In this document: one piece after another, positions 1 to 19,599 of the stretch | Numbering within the stretch: the stretch's first letter is position 1 | Layout: every line of letters begins with the position of its first letter | Assembly: GCF_009914755.1 (NCBI RefSeq) | Contig: NC_060930.1 | Direction: 5' to 3' (one strand) | Origin: the human T2T-CHM13v2.0 reference genome, Homo sapiens | Length of the DNA stretch: 64,000 bases | Position numbers and translations under genes: made by a program | Notes under the pieces: generated by a model | What the model was told of the DNA's origin: nothing | The model's database searches: none | What the model saw: the letters and a program-made list of their open reading frames with translations, nothing else

Positions 1-4772
<4,772 letters not shown>

Positions 4773-5663
4773 TATCCTTTGCAGGGACACGGATGAAGCT
4801 GGAAACCCTCTTTCTAAGCAAACTATCACAAGGATAGAAAACCAAACACCGCATGTTCTCACTCATAGGTTGGAGTTGAACAATGAGAACACATGGACAC
4901 AGGGTGGGGAACATTACATATCAGGGCCTGTTGGGGTGTAGGGGGCTGGGGGAGGGATAGCATTAGGAGAAATACCTAATGTAAATGACGAGTTGATGGG
5001 TGCAGCAAACCAACATGGCACATGAATACTTATGTAACAAACCCACACATTGTGCACATGTACCCTAGAACTTAAAGTGTATATCTATATATAAAAAAAG
5101 AACTTAAGTTACAAATCATAATTCATGATTAGGTCATTATGAGTCATTAAATAGCAAAAGCAAAGCATTGTTATATGCAGAAAGTGCCTTCACTCCATGG
5201 TAAGATCCTTGCCAAAATTGAGACAGTGCTGTTGCAGGGCCCCATTTCCTTAGCATACACTGTGAATGATTCCCCCCACCCCCAACTGCCTGGATTGGTG
5301 TGACACTGAGGCCTTGCTGGCTGCTGTCAATCTTTTTGTTCACCTTTCATGAGGAGGCTGGGGTAAATAATGGGAAGCCTGCATATGGACAGGAAAGGGT
5401 TTTCAGGACAGGACAGCAGCAAAAATCATCTAAAGGGCATGCTTTTCTGATAGTGTTCCCATGTCCTAAGGATGGCAGCATAGTCAAACTATTTAGGCAG
5501 TCAAGGAAAAAGTGGTTCAGGGAAGAGTTGAATTAGCCTGGTGAAGCTAGGGCTAATTTTTCATGAAGAGCTACATATATGTTTCCATGGAGGTTGGGTG
5601 GCTTGGAGAATGCCTTTTAAGCTTAAGCTCTTTTTTCAAAAAATTATTATTTTCTCGAGATGA

Positions 5664-5819
<156 letters not shown>

Positions 5820-5910
5820 TAGTAGAGACAGGGTTTCAACATGTTGGCCAGGCTGGTCTGGAATTCTTGACCTCTGGTAATCCCCCTGCCTCAGCCTCCC
5901 AAAGTGCTAG

Positions 5911-7501
5911 TGAGAGGTGATGGTGTGCTGGCAGCCCTTGCAGCCCTCGCTCACTCTTGGCACCTCCTCGGCCTCGGCGCCCACTCTAGCCGTGCTTGAG
6001 GAGCTCTTCAGCCCACTCTTGCACTGTGGGAGCCCTTCTCTGGGCTGGTTGAGGCCGGAGCCAGCTCCCTCTGCTTGCTGGGAGGTGTGGAGGGAGAGGT
6101 GCGGGTGGGAACCGGGGCTGCGCTTGGTGCTTGTAGGCCAGTGCCAGTTCCTGGTGGGCGTGGGCTTGGCAGGCCCCGCACTCAGAGCAGCCAGCCAGTG
6201 CCACCGACCCCGGGCAGTGAGGGGCTTAGCACCCAGGCCAGCAGCTGCAGAGGGTGTGCCAGGTCCCCCAGCAGTGCCGGCCCACCGGCACTGCACTCGA
6301 ATTCTCGCTGGGCCTCAGCTGCCTCCCTGCAGGGCAGGGCTTGGTACCTGCAGCCTGCCATGCCTGAGCCTCCCCTGCACCGTGGCTCCTGCACGGCCCA
6401 AGGCTCCCCGACGAGCACTGCCCCCTGCTCCGTGGTGCCCAGTCCCATTGACTGCCCAAGGGCTGAGGAGTGTGGGTGCATGGTGTGGGACTAGTGGGCA
6501 GCTCTGCCTGTGGCCCTGGTGCAGGATCCTCTAGGTGAAGCCAGCTGGGCTCCTGAGTCTAGTGGGGACTTGGAGAACCTTTATGTTTAGCTAAGGGATT
6601 GTAAATACACCAATCAGCACTCTGTGTCTAGCTCAAGGTTTGTAAATACACCAATCAGCACCCTGTGTCTAGCTCAAGGTTTGTAAATGCACCAATCAGT
6701 GCTCTGTGTCTAGCTAATCTAGTGGGGACTTGGAGAACCTTTATGTCTAGCTAAGGGATTGTAAATACACCAACCAGCACTCTGTGTCTAGCTCAAGGTT
6801 TGTAAATGCACCAATCAGCACTCTGTATCTAGCTAATCTAGTGGGGACTTGGAGAACCTTTATGTCTAGCTAAAGGATTGTAAATACACCAATCAGCACT
6901 CTGTGTCTAGCTCAAGGTTTATAAACACACCAATCAGCACCCTGTGTCCAGCTCAAGGTTTGTAAATGCACCAATCAGTGCTCTGTGTCTAGCTAATCTA
7001 ATGGGGACTTAGAGAACTTTTGTGTCCAGCTCAGGGATTGTAAATGCACCAATCAGCACCCTGTCAAAACGAACCAATCAGCTCTCTGTAAAACAGACCA
7101 GTCAGCTCTCTGTAAAATGGACCAATCAGCAGGATGTGGGTGGGGCCAGATAAGGGAATAAAAGCAGGCTGCCCAAGCCAGCAGTGGCAACCAGGTCTGG
7201 TCACCTTCCACAGTGTGGAAGCTTTGTTCTTTTGCTCTTTGCAATTAAATCTTGCTGCTGCTCACTCTTTTGGGTTTGCACTGCCTTTATGAGCTGTAAC
7301 ACTCACTGTGAAGGTCTGCAGCTTCACTCCTGACCCAGCGAGACCACGAACCCACCAGAAGGAAGAAACTCTGAACACATCCGAACATCAGAAGGAAAAA
7401 ACTCCCGACACACCATCTTTAAGAACTGTTAACACTCACCGCGAGGGTCCACGGATTCATTCTTTGTCAGTGAGACCAAGAACCCACCAATTCCGGACAC
7501 A
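5911..7501 (+). mobile_element. Full-length solo LTR12 (ERV9; LTR12C/E-like), 1591 bp
   Basis: Starts tgagaggtga, ends aattccggacaca; 4-bp TSD CTAG at 5907-5910 and 7502-7505; GC-rich U3, tandem CCAAT array, U5. Confidence 0.97.
6560..7170 (+). promoter_or_regulatory. LTR12 U3 enhancer/promoter: ~41-bp tandem repeats with about 10 intact CCAAT (NF-Y) boxes, GATA box, AATAAAA TATA-like element
   Basis: Repeated caccaatcagcac units; gataag 7149-7154; aataaaa 7157-7163; the LTR poly(A) signal downstream is the variant ATTAAA (7244-7249). Confidence 0.8.
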
Positions 7502-7647
7502 CTAGGCTTAGAGGTGTGAGCCACTGCACCCGGCCCTTTTAAGCTCTTTCTTGAGAAATTTATTACAATTTCTATTTGGTGGAAGAAAACACTTTCTGTT
7601 CCAGGATTTTCACTGTACTATAGCTAGTGAAAAACATGCCTGCTTCT

Positions 7648-8032
<385 letters not shown>

Positions 8033-8808
8033 TTAGCTAGTTGTGTGGTGCTCAACAGATGCTACAGAAATAAATCCCTGCATGTCACAGAAGCTAAACT
8101 CCATTCTTAGAAAGACATACTGCAACTAGACTTAAATATTCAATTTTCTCTACATTTGCTTATACAAACAGTAGTTTGGGGATTTGAGTGATATACGCAT
8201 AATTGATGTGTTAATTGATGTGTTAGTATACATATAGGGATCTTCAAACAATTACAATATAATATTTCTTGTTCAAAATTATGCAATATGTTGTCTGAAA
8301 GAAAAGCCAATTGGGGTCTAATTGCTTTTTTAGGCAGTAAATTACCTCAAAATCATAAATTGAATAAAAATCTTCAGAATTTAGATAAATTTTTACGATT
8401 ATTCTATTGGGTTTAATAATTGATCAATATGATGAAAGAATTACCACACCAACTAAAAGTTTCTCCTATGAAATGTTTTCTATAACCTTAATAAAAAGAA
8501 GAAAAGAAAAAGGAAAAAACCAACAAAGTCTGAGGATAATCAGAATAAATGCTGAGGAAATATCTATTTCTGGTTCTGCCACTAAATTATTTTGTTTTTT
8601 AAAAACCTTTTTAGTCTTTAGATTGTATGAGATCCAAAGCCATAACAGTGTCAAACATATTCTTAGAACCTGAATCCTAGACCTTAAGGCAACATTAAAA
8701 TTCTATGCTTTTAAAGTTGAACATTCCTAAGAAGTTGGCAGAGGTCATTAATTATTTCTAAGGATCTTGAGGTATATTGAAAAAAGAGATTTAAAGAATA
8801 TTACTGTG

Positions 8809-9093
8809 GGCCAGGCATGGTGGCTCACACCTGTAATCCCAACACTTTGGGAGGCTGAGGCGGGCGGATCATGAGGTCAGGAGTTCAAAACCAACCTGGC
8901 CAATATGGTGAAATTCCATCTCTACTGAAAATACAAAAATTAGCTGGGCGTGGTGGCGTGCACCTGTAGTCCAGCTACTTGGGAGGCTGAGGCAGAATTG
9001 CGTGAACCTGGGAGGCGGAGGTTGCGGTGAGCCAAAATCATGCCACTGCACTCCAGCCTGGACAACATAGCGAGACTCAGTCTCAAATAAAAG
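8809..9093 (+). mobile_element. AluS (Sg-like)
   Basis: Full dimer with ggatcatgaggtcaggagttc; TSD approx aatattactgtg / aatactactgtg. Confidence 0.93.
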
Positions 9094-9103
9094 AAAATAC
9101 TAC

Positions 9104-9550
9104 TGTGGTATATTGATTTTAAAAATGGCCTCAGTGTTCTACCCCTCCTTGTAGCCAACCTTTTGTAATATGACCTCAAAGAGTAGAGTCTATTTCCTCA
9201 TGCCTTGAATCTGGACTGGCCTTGTGACTTTGGTCAATTTCATGTTTTGATAGTATGCCATCTCTGAGCCTAGACCTCAAGAATAATTGTCCTCTTCTGT
9301 CTCTTTTGCAGTATTGCTACCATAGGTTGGTCTAGTGGAGTGGGAGAGACCAGTTGTCCCAAGTAAGATTATCTTAGGCCAGCCTATCTCCATCTGACTT
9401 GCCAGTAGCCACATAGTTGAGCTCCACTGAACCCAGCTCAAAGCAGCAAAATTAGTCAACCCATAAGACTACTGAGCACAAATGTTTATTGTTGTACGCT
9501 ACTATGCTACTGAGATTTTGTGGTTGTTATTTTTATTTTACAGATAGTAA
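9104..9550 (+). mobile_element. MaLR LTR (MLT1F/G-like)
   Basis: gagtctatttcc...ccttgaatctggactggccttgtgactt motif; 3' ctgagattttgtggttgttat. Confidence 0.65.
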
Positions 9551-9855
9551 TATTTTTGTAAATACAAATCAGAATAACAATTATAATAGTGTATTTCTTT
9601 TATGCTTTTGGGGGACCTTGGGCAACCTAACAGAATAACATGAAGCGGAGCCCAACAGTTCGCTTTCTAAATGTACATTGTGTGTCTCTGGCTATTCTGG
9701 CATCTAAGTGACTGAATATATTGAATATTTGCTTTGAAATAAAAATTATAATGACCATTGTTCAATATTCTTGAAAAAATTGCAAGCTAATCTATGCAAT
9801 TAATTTTAAGGAAACTCCATTTATTGTAAAAATCTGAATACATACATTCTAAATT

Positions 9856-10075
9856 TGAGGTTGCAAACTGACATGCCTGTGGAAGTTTGGCATGCAATAT
9901 AATTGAGACACTCATGTTTGGTATAAAATACTAGGCAGTAGGGGGGAATTGGCAGAGTGAAGGACACGTTTCCAATCCAAAGGAATTAAATTCAAATTTT
10001 TAAGAACATTGTGCAGGCCAAACAACACATATATGAGGATCAGCTCAATCCATGGGTTGCCAGTTTACAACCTCT
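9856..10075 (-). mobile_element. hAT-Charlie MITE (MER102-like)
   Basis: Terminal inverted repeats gaggttgcaaactg / cagtttacaacctc; internal tgtgcaggccaaacaacac. Confidence 0.65.
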
Positions 10076-11302
10076 ATTTCAAAATTTTGATTTCTGACCT
10101 ATGTTCAAGCATTACCTCACATTTTATCTTTGTCAGGTTTGGGGCTGAATTTTGCAATTAGAAGAGACTGAAAGAAGACTGAGATGTTGTATGTTATTTG
10201 CCTCCTCCATCTGCCTTCAAGTACTACTCAGTATATATTAGATTGGTTCCAGCGTCTTTCCGTTTTATTTCCTGTCCAGGTGTAATGAGACAGAATTTAC
10301 TCTTCTAGAAAAGTAAAATATTCCCATTCCGGAAGACCTGTCTGTGCGATAGTATTTGGAAACAATGATTGTAACTGTGGTATACACACCTCCCCTTTGG
10401 TGTAAAGGAGAGGTTCACCAAGGCACCAACCTGGCACCAACTTGCAGTGCTTTATCACCAGCTGTCACAGCCCACCTTGAAATGAGTCTTATAAGTAGGC
10501 TGAAAGCATTGGCTTTTCAAGATTTTAACACACACACACACAGTTTCAGGGTAGCTGCAGGACATATTTCTCCCTGAATATTAGGAGAGGTAAAACCAAA
10601 CATCCATTCAAATGGCCTTTTGAGCATGGTTCAGAGATTCAGGCAGAGTGAATACCCAGCCAATTTAAAGTGAACTCATTAATAATATATTTCAGTCTCT
10701 ACCAGCATTTTATTCTCTCTATTCCCCACTTTATCTCCTGTATACATATATGCATGTACATGCACATCATAACTCTGACAGTAAGAGAGGTTTATGGAAA
10801 GAACATATATAAAAATTACTACATTCTATATGAAACAGTTTTAGAGATCTAAAGAGGAAAGATGAAGAAAATACTGAAGAAGAAAATTATCTTGCAGTTT
10901 AACTATATAGTACTAGTAATTGTAGAATAAACTGAAGAGAGGAGCAGTGGTAGCCATAACACTTACTGATTTAAGTAAAGAACATGAATGGGTGCTTGTT
11001 TTCAAAAGCTCCCATGGCTTCTCGTAATTTGCAGAGAAAAGCTGTTAACAGAGTGTAATAGCCACTCAGCAAATACTTGTTAAATGACTGACATGGTTGA
11101 AAATCTGTCACAAAATTTAGATATGGCTTCTTTAAATTTTATCAACCCCATTAGGAGGAACATTCTTACTCTTTGCATTAGCGATACATATATAGAATAA
11201 AATGTTCTCCACAACTAAGTGTATTACTTATGATTTTTTAGTTGTATTTATTTATCTCTTCCTGGAAAGCACCTTTCAAATCTCCTGGCTGATTATGATC
11301 AT

Positions 11303-11610
11303 TTTATTCATTCAGTCATTCATTATTCACTCAAACAATAGTAATTGAGTATTTTAGGCATAATCCTGGGCACTTGGATATAGTTATAATCAAGGGAGTC
11401 ATGTTCTTGTTATCATGTAACTTATATTCTAGTTGGGAAAGGCAGACAATTTTTTAAATAAAATCATTAATAAATACACAAGTAATTAAACAGGATAATT
11501 TTGGGTTGTGATAAATGCTCTAAAGGAAATAAGATAATATGAAGGAAAGTAAAGGAATGAGGATGAGGATGAATTTGGTTATCCATGGTAAAATAAGTCC
11601 TCTCTGAACA
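11303..11610 (-). mobile_element. L2 3' end
   Basis: (cattcatt) tail followed by the typical cttatattctagttggg...agacaat segment. Confidence 0.65.
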
Positions 11611-11656
11611 CAGTAATATTTTTATAGTCATCTAATGCTTAAGAATAAGCCATCTT

Positions 11657-12380
11657 CCATCAATAAAAACTCAAAAAAAAAAAAAAACAACAAACCCACA
11701 GATGCTGGAGAGGTTGCCGAGAAAAGGGAATGCTTATTCACTGTTGGTGGGAATGTAAATTAGCTCAGCCACTGTAGAAAGCAGTTTGCAGATTTCTCAA
11801 AGAACTTAAAATATAGCTACCATTCAACCCAGCAATCCAATTAGTGTGTATGGATCCAAAAGAAAATAAATTATTCTGCAAGAAAGACACATATACCTGT
11901 ATGTTCATCATAGTAGTATTCACAACAGCAAATTCTTGGACTCAACCTAGATGTCCGTAAATGGTGAACTGGATAAAGAAAATGTGGTAGATATATACCA
12001 TAGAATACTACACTGTCATAAAAAGAATGTAATCATGTCTTTTGCAGCAAAATGGATGCAGCTGGAGGCCATTGTCCTAAGTGAATTAACAAAGGAACAG
12101 AAAACCAAATAACACATGTTCTCACTTATAAGTGGGAGCTAAATATTGGGTACACATGGTCATAAAGACAGCAACAACAGACACTGGGGACTACTAGAGG
12201 GGGAAGGGAGAGAGAGAGGGAGACAAAAGTTGAAAAACTATTGAGTACTGTGCTCACTACCTGAGTGACAGGATCAGTAATACTCTAAACCTAGCATCAT
12301 GCAATATACACATGTAACAAACCTGCAGATGTGCTCTCTGAATCTAAAATAAAAGTTAAAATTAATAAAAAATAAAAAAC
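11657..12380 (+). mobile_element. 5'-truncated L1PA15/16-like
   Basis: ORF2 end plus 3' UTR gacactggggactactagaggggg...ctctgaatctaaaataaaagtt and A tail. Confidence 0.88.
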
Positions 12381-12419
12381 AATAAATCATCCTGAGAGCA
12401 ATTTTTAATAATGGCAGAC

Positions 12420-13900
12420 TAGTTTGTTTCTGACCAACTCTGCCATGGAAGCAATTATAAAATTAGAATAAATATTAAAAATACATTTGATAACACCAGA
12501 GAAATATCAAGATAGTGAGGATATATAAAAAAAAAACACACACACACTGAAATGATCCAATATTTGGTACCAGTTTTCCCCTTGAGACATTTACTGATTC
12601 AAAAGGGGAAGCTGAGAAACTGAAGTTAAAACCTTGGCTTAGAGGATAGGAGGGTAAGCAAAGACTTCAGCAATCTCTAGGCACTGGGAGATAAAAATCA
12701 GAGTTTGGGGCTCTCTAAGGAGAAAGGATTTTGGTAAATACCTGAAATTTTCAGTTGGGACTCCTAAGGACTGAGCTCTAGGAGTAAGGTTATGCTAGTA
12801 ATAAACCATCCCTCGAAATGTTAGAGGCTTAGTTTTGAATTAGCTCAATCCCTGATTAGATATGGTGATCACTTCCTGCCTAGCCTAGTTGCCTGCCAAG
12901 AGCAATTGTAAATCCTCTCTGATAGAAAAGAACATCATTCAGAGCTCTCAAAATATTTGGCACCCAGTGTAAACAAATTAGATGTATAAAAAGATAAGAA
13001 TTGAATGAGAGTTAAAATAAAACCTAGACCAATAGAACATACAGAAGATTCAAATATTAGATTGATGGCAATTTTAAACTTGGAATTTAAAGTAAAATAA
13101 TTAGTATGTTTTATAAGTTAAACATGAAGGTGAAGATTTTGGTAAAGAAGTGGAAATTACACAAAAAGAATAAATAGAATTTCTAGAACTGAAAAGACTA
13201 TAACTGAAATTAAGAATTCAATGAATTATTAGATTAATCACAGCTGAGGAGAGAATTAGTGACCTGGAAAATAGGTCAAGAGAAAATATCCAGGCTGAAA
13301 CACAGAAAAGTAAAAGAATGGAAAACACAGAAGAGAATATGTATGATATATGGATTCAACAGGTGTATAATTGGAGTCTCAGAATGAGTGAAGAAAGACA
13401 ATAGGTGGCAGAAACTACATTTGAAGAGATAATGGTTAAGAAAGACTTTGAAGCACATCCAGAAAGCTTCTACCAACCCCAAACAGGATGACTAGTTAAA
13501 AAAAAAAACATAGGCACAGCATAATTAAACTACAGAGAAAGACAAAAAGGCAATGTTATAAACAGAGGAAAAAGGTATATTATCTTCAAAAGAACAACAA
13601 TTAGGCTAACATTGTAATAGCCTCTTTAAAGTGCCAAAAGAAAACAACATCCAACCCATAATTTTATATTCAGCAAAAATATCCTTCAAAAATTTAGGTA
13701 AAATTAAGACTTTTTAAACAAAAAGTGGAAAAAAAAGTCTCTAGCAAATTCAAATGAAAGAAATACTATGAGAATTATTTAAGCAATGGAAATAATCACA
13801 GATGGAAGCATGAAGCTACAGAAAAGTATAAAGAACATTGGAGAGGGAAAATACATGAGTAAACGGATATTGATATGACGAAATATTGCTTTTGACAACA
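12420..13900 (+). mobile_element. Ancient L1M (L1ME-like) 5'/ORF1 remnant
   Basis: A-rich ORF1-like text (ctagaactgaaaa...cagctgaggagagaattagtgacctggaa...aaaatatccttcaaaaat). Confidence 0.7.
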
Positions 13901-13974
13901 CATATATGTACACACATATGTGTATAATCACACTATACAATAACAAGTGTACAATTACAATGTGTGTACCAAAA

Positions 13975-14215
13975 ATCTGTTCCAGTTGCGATGGCTGCAT
14001 AATGAATTACCCTAAAACTTAGTGGCTTAAAATGATTACATTTATTTTGCTCAAAATTTGGACAGGTGTTGGCAGAGATAGCTTATTTCTGCTTAAATTG
14101 GCATCAGCTGGAGTGGCTCAAAGGCTGAGGACTAGAAAAATCTGAAGGCTTGTTCACTTGTCTAGCGGTTAACACTGGCTGTTGGCTGAGACCAACATGT
14201 TGCACCTGACTTCTA
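13975..14215 (-). mobile_element. MLT1 LTR fragment
   Basis: taccctaaaacttagtggcttaaaa...catttattttgctca motif. Confidence 0.6.
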
Positions 14216-14716
14216 AGAGAAACTGCCAGACAGACAGAGAGGTAGGGAGGAGGGAGAGAGAGAGGAAGAAAATGAGCCAGCTGTTTGAAGATTTTTCTAG
14301 GCAAAAAAACAGCAAGTACAAGTGTCCTGAGGTAGGAATTGTGCAATGTGTTCAAAAGATAGAAATAGAAAGAAAGGCAAGTGAGGCTGAATGAGGGACC
14401 CATTGGTATTAGATAATGTTAGAGATAGGCAGGTGAGAAAGGTAGAAGTGTATCATGTTTCAATCAGTGAAATACTATTGTAGAAGATACTATATAATGT
14501 GCTGGCTTGAACATCTCTGTATACATAAGCATTTCCAACATAAGGATCCCCAGCAAAGGTAGATAATGTATCGCATTTAGGAATACTCTGTGAACCTACT
14601 GTAGAAAATGATCATTAAAATTTGTCATCATGGACATTTTGATTTCTATAATTTTAAAATAGCTTTATGTTTAAGAATAAAGATGTTTTATGGGTACACT
14701 ATATTGGATAAATGTC

Positions 14717-15059
14717 TGCTATGGTCTAAATGTTTCCCCCAAAATAATGTGTTAAAAACTGAATCCCTAATGCAACTATATAGGGAGGTAGGGCTTTTGG
14801 GAGGTATTTAGGTGATGAGGGCTTTGTCCTCATGAATGGATTAATGCCACTATAAAAAGGGCTTGCAAGAGTGAGTTCACCCTCTCTTGCCCTTCTGCCT
14901 TCTGCCATGTGAGAACACAGCAAGAAGGCCCACAGCAGATGCTGGCACCTTAATCTTGGACTTCCTAGCCTCCAGAAGTGTGAGGAAATAAATTTCTGTT
15001 CTTTATAAATTACCCAGTCTGTGGTATCATGTTATAGCAGCACAAAATAAACTAAGACA
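14717..15059 (+). mobile_element. MaLR solo LTR (MSTD/MSTC-like)
   Basis: tgctatggtctaaatg...ataaattacccagtctgtggtat...aactaagaca. Confidence 0.85.
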
Positions 15060-15202
15060 ATACCCTAGTCCTTAATTTTACTAATGGCATATAACGTCAC
15101 ATATCAAACACATTTTACAGTCATCACTGAAATTTCAGTAAGTGAGATCTTATTGGGCATGATATGTGGAGGATTCAAAAATAACCTGATCTGCATACAA
15201 AC

Positions 15203-15286
15203 CATGGGAGATTACTGAAAATTTGCTCAACATGGGAGATTACTGAAAACTTTTTCACCATGGGAGATTGCTCAAAACTTGCTATT
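15203..15286 (+). repeat. Three tandem 28-bp units (catgggagattactgaaaa...)
   Basis: Units start at 15203, 15231 and 15259. Confidence 0.9.
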
Positions 15287-15591
15287 TTTTTCCAAAAAAT
15301 TTTTTTAGAGACAGAGTCTTGCTCTGTCACCCAGATTGGAGTGCAGTTTTATAATCATAGCTCATTGCGGCCTTGAACTCCTGGACTCAAGCAGTCCTCC
15401 CACCTCAGCCTCCTAAGTAGCTGGGACTACAGGTACACTTTCCCATGCCTGGATAATTTATTTTTAGTTTTTGTAGATATGGGGTCTCCTTATATTGTCC
15501 AGGCTGATCTCAAACTCCTAGCCTCAAGCGATCCTCCTGCCTTGACCTCCCAAAGTACTAGGATTATAGGCATAAGCCACCACATCCAACC
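15287..15591 (-). mobile_element. AluJ
   Basis: AluJ diagnostics (atcatagctca, ctcaagcagtcctcccacc); TSD tcaaaacttgctatt / tgaaaacttgctatt. Confidence 0.92.
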
Positions 15592-17649
15592 TGAAAACTT
15601 GCTATTAGTATCATTTGCCACTTTTTTTTTTAATATATAATTCTGACTAAATAATAGCTAATCAAATGGTACTGGAGATAACTTCCCTTCCTTTCCACTC
15701 TCCTTCACCCTCATCTGACTGTTTATGCAGGCTAAATCACACAGAGATAAGATCATACTCTATTCAACAAAGACTTGTAATATCAGGTTGGAACAAAAGA
15801 AAACATTTGGAACTAAAAGAAGAAAGTATTTTTTTCCTTTCATAGGGCCTAACTCTGTAGCTTTTAATTGGATTACTAAAAGCAGAGACAAAGGCCCTTT
15901 AGCAACTTTCAAAGATCACTGACATAAACACTTTGTAATTTTGCTGCTTAAGTGCCTTGCCTTAATGGCTTTAATAATAAATTCAGTTTTCTGGCAGGAG
16001 ATATATTCCTTTGGAATGTTCCTCCAATCCAAATAAATGCAGAATTACTAGAGTGCCCTGATCCCATTATTTGATTTACAAACTGAAAATAATATAGTCC
16101 TTTGGGGGATATTTGGTGTTAGAACAAGATAACGTTCTGCTTTTCCAGAGATTCCATGTTTTGGGGGGTCCATCATGCCCCTCCTCTGCTTGTAATCTCT
16201 GTTCCCCTCTTACATGCCAACAGAACCCTATTCACCTGTAAAAAGACTCCACACATGGGTTACCTCCAGTGGTTTCTTAAATCCTCCAAGTAAATCACTG
16301 TCCGCTCTGGATTCCCACAGCAAATAAGTCATAAAAAACTTTACATGCTTTTTAAAATTGATTATTATTTTTAACCTAAGATGCTACCTTTTTAAGTACA
16401 AAGATTGTTCCTTATTCTTAACTTTTCTTGTGTACCACTAGCCGCAGTCCCTGGTGCACACAGGACACCTGAAGTAAGCCTGCAGAGTGTATTGCCTTAA
16501 GTCCAACATGCACAGTCACCACATATCTTCACATATTCCAGGCTTTCTGTTACACAATATCTTTTATTAGCTATAAAATGATTCATAGAGTTGCAATGAG
16601 TATTTAGGAAAAGTACAGATTAATTATCTGACAGAGCAAAATGTCACGACACTTTCAAAATGATTCATTACAGACAAAAGTAGTCAGAATAAGTACTACA
16701 ACTGAAATCCATTCTTTGCAGTGGATGTGTTGATGAAAAAAAATGATACTGGATTTTCCCACAGCAATAAAGCATATGTTATTTGATTTCCTGTCACAAT
16801 TAGGGGAATTGATATGTGTAAAATTGCCCAACTTACATTCAACACAAGTAGTTTAAACTAATGAATAAATATATTATGACAGCAAATATTATTTGATGTA
16901 TTCCAGCTATGAGAGATGATTTGAGCTTCAAGTTAAAAATAAAAACAGACAGGTTGTTTATAGGCATCAGACTCTTGGGAACCAGTCTTCTGTATATTGA
17001 TTCACCTAATTTTATGAGGATTAAAGCCAAGACTAAATAATAAAAGATCTCACAGGAACAGTTCTTATATTCATATGAATAAAGTAGAAGATGTAACAAT
17101 CAAAATGACGACAAAAGGTGTTTATTTGCAAAAAAGTATCTTTCTTATTTATTCAGAATAGAAATAAAAATTTTGCTTATAGTAGAACATTTCATTTATT
17201 AGTTTTTCCTCTGAATCTTTTCAATTATTTTTAAAAATTCTTTAAAAAGTCACTTTATTTATATTCTACATTAATGTAGAAATAAATTGTAATGAAAACA
17301 TTAAGGCAAAAAAAAAAACCCACTGGAAAAATGTATAAAAATAAAGAATGAGTGAGCACAAAGAATGCAGCTATAATGGACTGAACAGTTGTCACAACGC
17401 CAACAGGAAAGGCAGAGGGCACTAAAATAAATAATTATTGGTTAATGCCCTTATTGTTAAGTTAAATTAAATGTATACAATTTGATGGAAATTTAATTCA
17501 GCTTATTACAATTTCATCTAACTGTATTTTTTATTAATTACATTATAGTTATGAGTTCGTCAAAGAAATACAAAGTATGTTTCTGTGTCCTTTTAGAAGT
17601 CTAGTTAGAAATGGCTACTTCTGTTTTTCTGTTATTCTTATCTGAGAGG

Positions 17650-17915
17650 ACAAGTTACATTTGTGAGAACATATTCTGCTATTTTGGGAATATTCGTAGG
17701 AGTGAAATTTCTGGGTCTTGGGATATGCACATATTCAGCTCTAGTAAAAACTGACTTTCAAACACATACCAACTTATACTCCCACCAGAATCGTATGAGA
17801 GTTTTGTCTTTTCCACATTATTGACACACTTGGTGTATATACATATATATTTTAAAATTTTTATCTTGCTGGTGGGTGTATAGTGATACAGTATTGTACT
17901 TTCAATTTGTATTTT
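17650..17915 (-). mobile_element. Ancient L1M fragment
   Basis: aggagtgaaatttctgggtc...ataccaacttatactcccaccag. Confidence 0.65.
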
Positions 17916-18534
17916 GTTTTAGAGAGATAGTTCTTACAGTAATATATTTTGGATTGGGGAAAGAACATAATGGATTTAGGCTTAATGGGACTTGGAGCCT
18001 TGATTTGAGAGGGTGATCACAAAATAACTCTGAGGTTGAGAACCTAGGTAACTGGAAAAATGACAATGCCATTTGTAAAGATGGGGACATAGTCAAAGTA
18101 AAGGCTTTTGGGGAGAAGATGATGAATGCTCTTGAATTTAAGGTATAATTAGTACTTTACATAGGGTTGCCATGGTTTTGGACTTCTCAGAGGTTTGTCA
18201 TTTTCAGATCATTAAAAACCATAGTTTTCTTTTTTCAAAGGGCAAGTTATATCTCTCACTAGCCATGTTGTGATAATGAATCAAAGTAGGCTTTTTAAAA
18301 AGGTACCAGAAACCAGTGAAGGGATTTTAAAAAGACATGGTTGCTAAAAGGCTATGTGTGTATGCTACTATGCAGTATTTTGTAGCATGTTTTTACTCTC
18401 TTAATGGCAAATTTCAAAAGATCATACAAATTTTATGTAAAACTAAAGTCATAAAGATGGGAAAATGGGTAAATTGTCATGTGGTTGGATACAAATATTC
18501 TAAGATAATTGTCTACTGTAGAAATAGATATGTG

Positions 18535-18829
<295 letters not shown>

Positions 18830-19599
18830 GGAATAGAAGCTTGGGCAAAGTTCTTAATATTTTCAAAATACTTCAAGAGACTTTATTCACGTTTTAACTG
18901 ATTAAAACTTCTACAGATTAAAGAAGTATTAAAGTTTGTTAGGGAAAATGCCATTAATCAGCCTATTTTAAGTAAAATAAGTTTTACTTGCACGAATATG
19001 GGTCCTTAAATAGAGAAATTTTAAGCAATTTATTGACGTATTGACTCTAAATGTAAAAATGGAATTTTGTGTTCTTTTTTCCTCCAACATTTATTCCTAT
19101 ATACAACTATTTCTGTTTTTTTTCTGTGATAAAGATCTATTCACTGAGTTATGGGTAATTACTAGCTGTTGACAATAGACATTTTGTTCTAGATTTTACT
19201 GGGCTAAATAATTAAATTTAGAAATAACGTGGTGCTTGTAGTTGAAAATTACTGGAAATTTGTTTTTCAGGTTGAAAGGTGTTTGTCTTCCTTCTTTTGT
19301 ACACTGTGTAAATTTCAACGAGTTCTTTCAGGGTAAATTAGTTGGGAAAGGAGGGAGGTGGGTATAATCGAGTAACAAAAACCTCCCAAAGTTTTAGAGC
19401 TTGTTACACTGAAGGTTCATTACTCACTCACATTGCAAACCTGTGGGGTCATTTGCAGGGATTTATTTCAAGTAGCTGGGACTTGTGAGATCGTGAGAAA
19501 AAATGAATGAAGTGCTTGGTATCTGGATGTATTTACACATCTTTAGAAGAATTCAGTCAACAACGGCTGTTGAGTGTCTTATTAGTCATAAGAAAAGCA

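Noticed and set aside
5917-6534. 205-aa ORF and overlapping ORFs
   Set aside because: GC-rich LTR12 U3 readthrough with no recognisable domain.
6560-7130. Regularly spaced repeats resembling a CRISPR array (also 1975-2400)
   Set aside because: These are LTR12 U3 tandem CCAAT repeats without unique spacers; no cas genes; primate DNA.
8200-8226. Short tandem duplications (also near 31358, 38508, 58162, 61242)
   Set aside because: Ordinary slippage duplications of 9-17 bp.
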